Below, in pieces: positions 37,370 to 47,600 of a stretch of 56,110 bases of DNA. The DNA is from Klebsormidium nitens (Eukaryota; Plantae; Klebsormidiophyceae). Position 1 is the first letter of the stretch, and the number at the start of each line of letters is the position of its first letter. A program made the translations under genes and the position numbers. The stretch lies in the NCBI GenBank assembly GCA_000708835.1, contig DF237530.1, forward strand, positions 1 through 56,110, in the 5' to 3' direction. The notes under the pieces are model-generated. The model saw nothing but the letters and a program-made list of their open reading frames with translations, was not told the DNA's origin and ran no database searches.

Positions 37370-40300
37370 ATTCTTTGAGCATTGAAAGCAAGAGATCATT
37401 GTGACCTGGACTTCCGGCCTCAGCATAGGATTTGGAGATCACACCAACATAGAGTAAGATCAGCATGGCATCAACTGCAGTGCTCAGTAGCTGACAGCTC
37501 CGATTCCCAATTCTTGCTAACGGCACTCTGTCCAACCATAATGCGATGAGGTTTCTGCAATTTACAGCGTTGTCCCAGTGGTTAAACATGCCAGACTTGA
37601 CGCAGCTCTCGCTTGATACTAGCATGATCGGCTTACACTCGTTAGCTGTGCGCGGCGCCCCCTGCAGCCAGCAGCCATGGGGCCGCGGCCGTCGAAAATA
37701 AACTGATCTTGGTTCCGATCAGACTCATGATATCGCGAGACAATGATTCATTGGGGCGCCTACCGTAGCATGTGTTAATGATCATGCATGAACCGTACAC
37801 CGCATATATACAGGTAACGCCGGCGCAATCCTAACTTCTCATACATACACATGGAAAGCCTGACAAGGATCGGACCGAGGGCGTTCGGCCCTGAAACCGA
37901 TCGCGATCAACATGATGACGTCAATCATTGCATATGACATGGTGCCAGTGCATGCTGCGGCGTCTGCAGCTCATGTCATATCATTTGGACGCACGAGGTG
38001 GAAGGAGTGGTGCCGCACAGCCGCAAGTGTCGGAAGCGTAAAAACTTTACAATTGTCGGTGTCTCCAAATATCATCGTAAATGTAACAGGCCCAGTACGC
38101 GGTCAATATTCTCCTTGAACTCGTTCTACTAAAGCCGGACCACTGAGTTGTTTTTATTGTTTATGGTACTCAGCTGGCAATCTAGCCTAAGACCTTGAAA
38201 ATCTCTATTTAAACTTTTCAATTAGGTATAGTAATAATCATTTGTCCTGATGCAGCCGTCCCTCTATAATTGCAGTTAAATAAATAGATAAGGTAAACCG
38301 TCCTATGCTAAGCAGTTTAAAAGGCAGCAAACACAGTCAGTTCCGGCGACCTGTTCCTTCATTTGCGTGCCCTGTTCTAACTCTCATAATTAAGTGATGG
38401 ATACCTTGCCTGCAAACCGCATGTCTGCAGGCAACATGCTTTCTTGGAGCCCCTTACACGAAAGGATTACTAGCCGGGCTTGAATGCCGCTCTGTGCATA
38501 CGCCCTCAAAACATCCGAAGTCAAAAGCTCACAATGCGCAAGGACCAGGTGTTTTAGGTGACGACAGCACGTGAAGATCTTCTCAACAGTGGTATCAGTT
38601 AGAGCGGGGCAGCTGGCTATCCGAAGATCTTCCAGCCCCCCCTCTTCAGTCACTTGCCGCAGCACGGTATCGGGTGTTTCCAACCAGGCACCTATCCCCA
38701 GGTTTTTGATCTGTGGGCTTTGCCTGCATACGGAAAGATATCGATTAGCTCCAACAAAAGCTCCAGGTGCACAGTCAATGTTTTTGGTGGACACGCGCAT
38801 CTCGTATTAGTCTGGCTGCTTTCCGTCTGACAAACCAAAATCGATGCTACGGCGGCAAGGTTAGTCAGAACATGATAGAAGATCCAACTTTGTGAGACAC
38901 AGCCCGGTCAGTCATAACGGTAGGAACAATTTCATCCTAGCGTTGAAGCCCTACCCTCTCCAGAACAGAGGCTCTTCTCGCGTCTGAAAGAACGTCTAAA
39001 GTAAAACTACTCAAATCAGATTTTGACATCACACCTTTAGACACTCGGCTTACCGGCTGCGTGGTATCTTCTTAATCTGGCGGTTGTTGAACAAGGTGAT
39101 GCTGCTGAGCAGGGGCAGATGTTGCTGGAGGGCCGCAACCCCAGCGTCGCTGATGTCATGCTCGCAAGCAATGGTAACTTGCTCTAGGAGAGGGCAGCCA
39201 GTGGCAAAGCTCCTAAGGGTGGTGTCAGTGACCCCACAGGTGTGAAATGTCACTCGCTCCAGCTTGGGGCACTGCTCTGCCACCCGCTCGAGGCCCTTGG
39301 CCACCGGAAATCCCCCCTCCTTCACCCTGACATCGAGCTCCTTCAATTCAGGACACGCCGCTGCGGCAGCTCCCAGCCCCGAGTTCAGCAAGCCGCACCA
39401 GCGAAGTGCCAGCCACTCAATCTTGCACGGGGCCAGCCAGAAGAAGGCTGTGCCGCTGACGTTCTCGCAATGTTCCAAGCGCAGCGCCGTTAGGTTTCCA
39501 CAGCGCCTGAGCACCACCTCGAGCCCCGCGTCCGTGATCGCCGAACAGTGCACCAGGTCAAGCGAGCGGAGACCAGGGCAGCCGCGACCAACGAGTCTGA
39601 GCGAGGCGTTACTAAAGGGCGGCTCTGCGATCGGAGTCCCTTCCTCCTCGCCAACCTGGACGCTCTCGATTCTAGGGAAGCGCTCGAGGATCTCTTCCAG
39701 AGCATCAAATTGGGAGACTTTCTGCAAGCTCAGGTGGTGCCGTGCAAAGTTTGAAGTCTCAAGCCACTCGCAGCAGACCAAAGAGCACGCCCGGAGGGAG
39801 GCGTCGTCCAAGCAGCTCATGATGCGGGTCAGGCAAAGCGCGTCCAGATTCGCAAACCCGCACCCCCTCTCGTCTACCAGGACCGCAGCTCCCTTCCTCT
39901 CCTCGCTGCCCTCCATCGCAACCCCCTCCTCGCAAGCAAGAACCGCTCCGCAGGCAGTCAGGCTCCGCTCGTAAGCCTGCAGCTGACTCTGTTTGAGCTG
40001 CTCGGAGGAAGCCAGCTCATCTCTGACTGGGGCAGGGAGGTCATCAAAAGCATCATGAGCTTGTTCAGCTCCCTGCCCCCTCGGGATCTCTCCAGCGAGG
40101 CTCTGCTCTCCCTCGGGCTGCGACTCGCAAGATGCAGAAGCCTCAGGACTGGAGCTGAAGGGGGGGTAGAAAGACAGCGCGCTGGAAGCGCTGGCCATGA
40201 ACGAGCACGGCCCCCCCAACTCCTCAGCGTGGCAGGCCCTCCCGCTGGGCTCTGCCGAAACTGCCTCCAGAGACCCTCCACTGCCTGCGCCCTCCTTCCC

Positions 40301-40900
40301 CTCCATATCCTTCCCCCCATCTGCAGGCAGTGCCCCCTCAGTGGCGCCAAAACATCCGTCTCTGCCAGGTCCAGGGACCACCTCGCTGGAAGCATCGTGG
40401 GTTTGTTCAGATCCCTGAGTCTCGTCGGAGGTCACCTCGCAAGTGTGCTGCTCCTGTGGAAGGGCGCTGCTTGCGAGGGCCTCGACGTCCTGGCTGCTGG
40501 AGAGAGGAGAGGACTGCGAGTCGGGGGCAGACTCGCAGAGAGGAGAGAAGAGGGCCTCGCACGCGCCAGCGGCAGCGTCTCCGGTGGCTCTGGAGACCTG
40601 GTGGGCAATCCTCTCCCCGAGAGCCAAGGCCCCCTCAATGACCTCCCAGACCCGCTCCTCGAAGGGAGTCAAGCGGGCGAAGAACTCCATCTCTAACTAG
40701 CGGGGGCGCACACTAGCTAACAGCTAACTCTAGCTCTCTCGCTCGCTGATCGCTGGAAGCACGAAAGCCAAAGCTCGCATAAGGGCGCCAATGGCAAAAG
40801 CGCAAGAGCAGAACAAACTCGTGAAAGTTTGCACCTTCAGCTTTCAGCAGCGTTCTTGATCGAGCTGGCAGCTCGTGCAACTAGGAGTGGGAGCGAAGCT
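37370..40900. repeat. Copy 1 of a ~3.5 kb duplicated segment (F-box gene plus both flanks); copy 2 is about 52685-56110
   Basis: Shared non-coding blocks occur in the same order: ctggacttc..atttggagatcaca (about 37407-37442 vs 52720-52753), aaacatgcc, agcatgatcgg (37621 vs 52818), tggttccgat..caatgat..tcatgcatg. The 5' flank ctctctcgctcgctgatc..aagggcgcca..gagcagaacaaactc is also shared. Confidence 0.82.
38390..40690 (-). CDS. F-box/LRR-repeat protein 1 (VFB/SKIP2/FBL-type) with long acidic N-terminal extension; 2 exons, about 656 aa
   Basis: Exons 40690-39054 and 38723-38390 (phase-2 intron, 1971 nt total). F-box LDALCLTRIMSCL..SLRACSLVCCEW..R..LSL; Cys-containing LRRs such as CPGLRSLDLVHCSAITDAGL and LRIASCPALTD. 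Confidence 0.9.
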
Positions 40901-41691
40901 CTGTGCACAATCATTCACCAAGCCTGAGTCGACAACCATGAGTCCGAAAACCGGCACTTGAGTTTAACGAGGGGTCTTTTCAAGAACCAAGCTTTTGGCA
41001 ACCGCATTTGCCTTGGATGCAGCACTTTTCGTCCCAAGTCAGAGCGCTAAGTTCTTAGCGACAATGTGCCGGCGTCAATGACGTCGTTCAGACAGGGATC
41101 CCTGCCACTGTGAGATGCAACGGCTACCTAGTAGGCCGCCCAGGGGCTGCAAAGACACACTCAGCTGAGTCGGTGAAAGTCTTGAAGAGCCGCTTCATGC
41201 CCTGTGCAGCAGCGGCGTGGCATGCATTTTGACAGTACACTGCCACCGGAGTTGACTGCAAGAGCACAACAATCACACTGGGCAGAAGCAGTCATCTTAC
41301 ACAAGGCATGCTTTTGCGATGCAGGTTTCTGCAGACAGCTCATTGACCATCCAAATTTGAGATTATGAGACAGGCTCTGGACACTTGGACGGGTGCATTT
41401 CAACAGCATGCAGGAAAGCTGGTTTGCCGATTGCCAAGATGCTTTGAGAGAATCAATCGCCTAACTGGAGAGATTAGGTTGATGGCATATCAGGCGTTCA
41501 ATCAAGTTCGTTGATTCACTTCTAGAAACCCAAGTTCATCGACATAGTCCAGCAAGGAAGCGTTTGGAAACCCTTAACCTCTTTTGAAGAAAACCCCTTT
41601 CAGCCCTAGAAGATTTTGGCGGAACAAGTGAGCAGGAAATGCTGTCCGCTTGAGAAAGGCCCCCAAGATTTCCGTATTCAGGGAGCGCAGG
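40691..41691. promoter_or_regulatory. Divergent promoter / 5' UTR region between F-box 1 and gene B
   Basis: Head-to-head ATGs 1 kb apart. The first about 170 bp match the 5' flank of F-box 2. Confidence 0.55.
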
Positions 41692-44600
41692 ATGGCTTCG
41701 ACAAGGAGGGGTCCAACCAGCAGGGGGGTTGACATGGGGCTTAAGGTGCATAAACTCTTAACGTGCTTTCTACTTCCATATGATGCTGTGGCTCTTTCAA
41801 GCTTATGGCCTTGGACAAAAAGCAGGCTCCCAAGTCCAGAGCAATTGAGGCTCTGCCAATCCTTAGAGGCTTTCGTTTTGGTCAATCCCTATTGAATTGA
41901 AAGCCCTCTCCCGGTGATCTGATTCAGGTTCTTCTATTGTCATTGTCCTTGCCTGCCTGTGGCACATCCACTCAACACTAGTCTGAGATTCACGCCCTTG
42001 CAACTGTGCAGGGGTTTCTTCCAAATGCCCCTGAAGGACAAGGCCAGGCTAGAAGAAGCACCATAGTAGAAAAGGCCCCTGCCGCGACCGCGTACGTCTG
42101 CAACCTGGTGAGACAGGCAGAGTGGTGCATAGCATCAATGGTGATTAACAGCTCGTGTCCATGCTCTGTGAGGTCCTCCATACCAGATCAGAGTTTCCGA
42201 TCCACGCAATAGACTTTTGTTGCAATGGGGAATGTTTACAACAACACCGTCGGGACAGACAGCTGGCATTGTTGTCTGTCGATCGGGACAAGATTGTGCC
42301 TCAGAGAAGGTGACAGCTGTCACCAGTCACCCGGCTCTGTTTCACTGAGAGTGCATGGTAGGTCTGACAGGTGGCAGTGTGTAGACATCAATCGACTGTA
42401 TGAGGCAGGGTTTACCTTTACTGATTGCTCTCACTACGCTGGCTCTTGAGGAAAAGAAAGATGGAAGAAATACAGCTGTCTTTGGACGGGGCTGTCCTTG
42501 AACAAACGCTTCCACTGACCAAAGTGGAATCCCATTTTTACGTGGCCATAGTAATACTTAGATCAAAAGATTCAAGGAAAAGCAGAAGTGTTTCTTGCCT
42601 AACCCAGACCCTCTACCGGCAACCCAATCTTCAAACCAGGGGGACGATGCATGTCTTACGTGGCCCTATGAGGATTCTGGTGTTGAGCACAATTCCTATC
42701 TTTGCAACAGGGAAGACGGGGACCTGAAGACGCAACCCAAGCGCGGAAGCAGACCGCATTGCGTCAGAAGGACTTGGCCAAGCGGCCGGCCTGGGGAAGC
42801 GGGCTGACGCCTGGAAAACAGGTTAGTGCAGCATGCAGACGCAAATGAGGCTTATAAGGTCTCTACTCGGAGACCACTTTCTTTTCGAGAGGCTCTTTGC
42901 GGCAAGCGATCATGCTGCTCAAGAGAATGCTGACTGGTAGCATCCTTTTCAAGTTTCACAAGGGGTGTTCAAGCCAAAACTGGAAGTCAGGTGCATGTTG
43001 CACTTGAACTTGTTACTCCCACAGATTCCATCAAGATTTGCTGAAACCAAATGCTGCAGTAGAATTTCAAGAAGATACTTCAGTAATCGTCTCGCAGAGT
43101 ACTGTACGCTACGCTTATCTGTGGCTCTTCACGTCTTCTGGTCACCTTAGACTCTCTTGTTGATATGCCTTTTTGGGCTCTTCGCCTCCGGTCCTCTGCC
43201 ACACAAGGTTTGCTTCCGTCTTCCTTGCAGAAGCAGAGCACGCCGCTCCGTGTTGCCCCCCCCAACCGCCACAACAAAACCACCCTGGCTGCCCACTCCC
43301 ACTGGACGCCGGCTGCAGAAACCCCCGCAGAAGCAGCTCTCCCAACAAACCGCACTCTATCATTTGCGCCAGCGCCAGCAATGGCGCAAGTTTCACAGCT
43401 TGGAGAGGCGTCCACAGTCCAGGGGCCCATGACGAACGGGTCTGCCAGAGCTACACAGGGGGAATTCGCAGCATCGACGCTGCACCACGGCGGACAGGTA
43501 GATCAGCCCTGTGATGCAAAGAATGCTTCTGGTTTCTGCGCGGACCGAGCGGGTTGCTTGCTGCATGTGCTGTGGGGACGACAGCTGGCGGCACGTGTAT
43601 GGTCATTTCGGTTAGATATGTCGGCAGCTAGGGGAAGCCCGATCTTATGTACGTGGCACCGAAGGGAGTAGTTTCCAATGGATCTCCAGAATTGTTTTGT
43701 GCTTATTGGAGCGTTGAACTAAGTCGGGACAGCTTAAAGCACCTGATGAACTCGTTCCTTTTTGCAGGGACCGGCGGCGACCAAGGGCACCAAGAAGCAG
43801 GTGGGCGGTGCACCCGTCGTTGGAAGAGTGCAGACAGCACAGCTCGATCCAAGCGAAGCCCTGGTGAGGATTCGTAATCCGGCGCTTGACTCAACTTTGA
43901 GCTTCATCAGTGAATCAATGCATGAGTGCCAAGTGTCTAAGCAAAGGCTTTGCTGAAAGTCGAATATACTCTGGGGCGATCCTGATGGGCAATCCTTTCT
44001 TGGCTGGAAGTGCTTTAGAAACTTCCTCAAAACGATGCCGCTTAGAGATACGACTGCAATGCGAGCCACGTCATATGGTACAGGTTCGCATCTGACCCAT
44101 TCTTTGGCTTTTATGTACAGGCCGCCTTTTTCGACCCCCCCTCCCCTCGGTCTCCCCTCGACTTCTCTAAGCCGCAGAGCTTTCTCAATTCAGCCATCGC
44201 CGACGCCTCGAAGGTCTCCGCCACTGCGCAGCAGACGGGTGCCCACTCAGATGCTGACGACAAGCACCTCGCGCACCTCGAGGCGGCGCTCGCGCAGGCA
44301 AAAGCGAAGCGGGCCACGCTGCAGGCGGCGCTGGAAAAGACGGAGCGCGCGCTGGACAAGGAGCGCCGCGCGGGGGTCGCCCTGGAGGAAGGGTTCTCAC
44401 GCGCGCTTCAAGGAAACGTGAAGACAGTGGAGGCAGCGGAAAAGGAGGTAAGAGCAACGGAGGATATGGGCCTTTGGTGGTGTGTTTGAGCACCGTCACG
44501 TTGAGGTTGCCGACCCTATTGACTTGACGTATGCATTCTCTTTTTGTTCTTTCCAAGAGGTTGGCTGTAACATATGATAAATGTTTTCGTGATCAAGAGG

Positions 44601-47600
44601 GGCTGACGCTGAGAGCTGAGTAACATGCATTCGGAGAGGATGTGCAGGCCTTCTGCTTGTCGTTGTTTGCGTGCTCAGGATTGGTCATCTATCAAATGCT
44701 TTGGTCCTGTAAGAAAAGGGACTTAAAACCTCTTCTTAAGTTCAAGTGCTTTCGTATACGCAGGCGCAAGAGGCGCGGCGCTCCCTGGCCGCGCGGACTA
44801 GGCAGTTCCAGGAGGCACAAGCTGCAACAGCCGAAGGTAAGGAGGCTGTGAGCTTTGCAGTTTCTCAAACGAGTACCCTTATGCACAAACAGGTACTGCG
44901 TATTCATTCGGCATAGCGTGGAAAAACGACTGTCATGTCGCCTACAACATCAATTAGTCTTCGCTTCCGGCATGGATTATCAGCCTTTTTAGAAAAGCTC
45001 GTAAGGTGCGGCGACCCGGCGAACTGATTCTGGCCGTTTCTTCGAGCAGCCCCTGGGGTGATTGCGACGGAAGAAGACAGGAGATTATTCTGGTCGTTGT
45101 CCAATTCAGCAAAAGTCACCCCTTCATGTATCACTTGGACGAAACTGGCCGCAAACCGTATCTTACCTCAGCCGCCCGTTGAATCATCTGCTTAATGAGC
45201 TTTTTGATGGACTGCTGAAAGGTGTCTTTGCTCCAACAGAGAGCAAACAGCGGGTGGACGCGGAGGCAAGTGCGCGGGCGGCATGTGAGGCGCTAGAGAG
45301 GGCGCGCGCGGAACTCAGCATCGCGGCGGCTGATAAGGAGGAGGCGCAGACGCGCGCGCGGACAGAGGCGCTCAAGCGCCAGCAGGCGGAGGCACAGGTG
45401 GGTTTCAGTTTGTGGTAGGCCTTTCTTATCATGTGCGCAATTTGAGCGCTCAGGCGAATCTTTGCTGGTGTAGAAAACGAATAGCATTCTCTACCAAGGT
45501 GCGGATAATTGAACAGGTCGTTCGCCAGACCTCGTATGACTTAGGAGACTGCAGGGCATAGTGCGGAAGGTCTAAGATGAGTGTCGGATTATGCAAGGAC
45601 TGTTTTGACTTGTCCCTCTGTGGGCAGATTGCGGGTTCCATGCTTGCCCGTGCGCACACATCTCCTTTCCCGATTCCCTCGCGCAAAATATTCGCAATCC
45701 TCTGTACGATTGGTGACTTATCAACCAGCATTTGTCACTTTTTAGCCCAAAAGCGGCGTCCTGCTGCTGTCCGAAAGATGAAGTCGAGATTTCACCGCAA
45801 CCCACCCATTCCGACGCCGTTATCCCCTGACTTCAATCAGATGTCTCATTCCAACTTTCTCTCGGCGTGCAGATGGAGTCCCTGGTCCGCGAGTGCGCGG
45901 TGTTGCGCGCATCGCTGGCGGAAGTGCAGGAAGGGCGGATTGCGGCGGCAGAGGAAGCGGAGGAGGTGCGCACGCGCGGCCGCGAGGATGCCGACGCGGC
46001 GCTGCACGCGGCCGTTGAGACCGTTGCGCGGCAGGAAGGAGAGCTGGCCCGCGCGCGGAGCGACGCGGCGGCCGCGGCACGCGACCTGGAGGTGGTGGCG
46101 GCCAAGGTAAATATCCAGGGCCCAGGAGCAGCGATTTGCCTTGCAAACGACAAGATTAGGTCTATTTACAAGCTTGGAGCACTTCAGCGGTGCAAATTCA
46201 GCATTTGTGCCTCCTCTACAGTCACTCACTTGCAAAGTATCATTCTGGCTTTGCCGACAAGACGCAACGCAACCTTTAAGAAAGGGTTCCCTGTCTTTGA
46301 TGAGATTCGCAGCATGCCTTTCTCTCTCTCCCACGTACGCGCTCTCCTCTTGTAAGGGTCGGCATATTTCTCGGGTCATCACTTCCTGTGCTTTCAGGGT
46401 TCGCGAGGGTCTTCATGTACACAGCTTCTGATCACCCTCGTCTCAATCCTGTAGGCGCAAGCGCTTGCCACACAGCTCGAGCAAGCCCAAGTTGCAAGCC
46501 GTCAGTCCCTCGCCGACGCCGCCGCAACTGCGTTGAAGGAGCGCGCATCGGCTCGCGCGCTCGTCGCCGCGGCAGAGGCGCGGCTGGCCGCAGTCGACAA
46601 GAAGGCGGCCGCCGCCGAGCAGAAGGCGGCCGAGGCGCGCGCTCTCGCGGACAGCGAAAGAGCACGTGCGGAGGCTGTGGAGGAGCAGCTCAATGCGGTG
46701 AGACGCAACTGAATCCGTACTCTTTTCGAGAATAAGTGGTACGGAGCATTCCCACGAGAGCCTTTCTGCAAGGGCCTGGAAGTCCTCAATTGCGCGAAGT
46801 TAGAGGGAACATAGTCACGTAGAATGAAGCTTTGAAACCGCTTCTTCGTTCCTGGTTGCTTGTTGGGACAAGAAAAACGATTCGGACATATTTCTATAAG
46901 AACAAAGTTATTCGAAAGCGGTCAGAAAATGGCGGACGGCACTCTGCTTGCTTCATCCTTGAAGCCTCACGATGCCGAGGTCACCGACACAAAGGAGAAG
47001 AGCAGACTCTTTTTGCGAAAGAACCGCACGCTGAACAAGAGCTTGAGCTCTCAAAGGGCTACGAGCTTCTGACATACCTGCGATATATATATTTCGATTG
47101 GTTTTTAGTCTTCTCCGACAAACATCAAGACCCTCTATCGGACGCCCCTCGTCTTTGATTCTTGCTTATTGGGAAGACTTCGGAAACAAGCGCGTGAAAG
47201 TTATTGCACTATTCCTAGTTGGAAGTCCACCGTCCGTCAGCGACTTGTTGTGAGGTTCAATGTCGTCGCCGCTACCGAGTCCTTGAGGATTTTGCCTCAA
47301 GAAGAAAATCTGCTCATGACTGCTGTAATGCCTCAGCGCCCTGCTCGGTCTTAGAGACTTATTGGTTCCCTTCGTTGCTTCGCCGCATCATTTAGCAGCC
47401 CTGGAGCTCTCTCCGAACGCTTTCCGGCCGTCCATTCCGCAGGACCGCGCTCAGCGGAAGGCCGCCGAGTTGGCCGCGGAGTCGAAGATGCGCGCGGCAG
47501 ATGCGCGCGCCGAGGACGCAAAATTGAAGCTGGAGGAGGCCCTGAAGCAGCTCGCGCACAAGGTCAGGACCGGACGTAATGCCAAATATTTTCACTGTTA

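Noticed and set aside
36870-43230. F-box 1 nested within one giant intron of a single coiled-coil gene
   Set aside because: A clean terminal exon (37100-37120) and an ATG exon (41692-41745) support two genes. Retained only as a testable alternative in the findings.
46832-47158. ORFs within the gene B intron as a cassette exon or nested gene
   Set aside because: Purine-rich, weak acceptor and no recognisable protein features.
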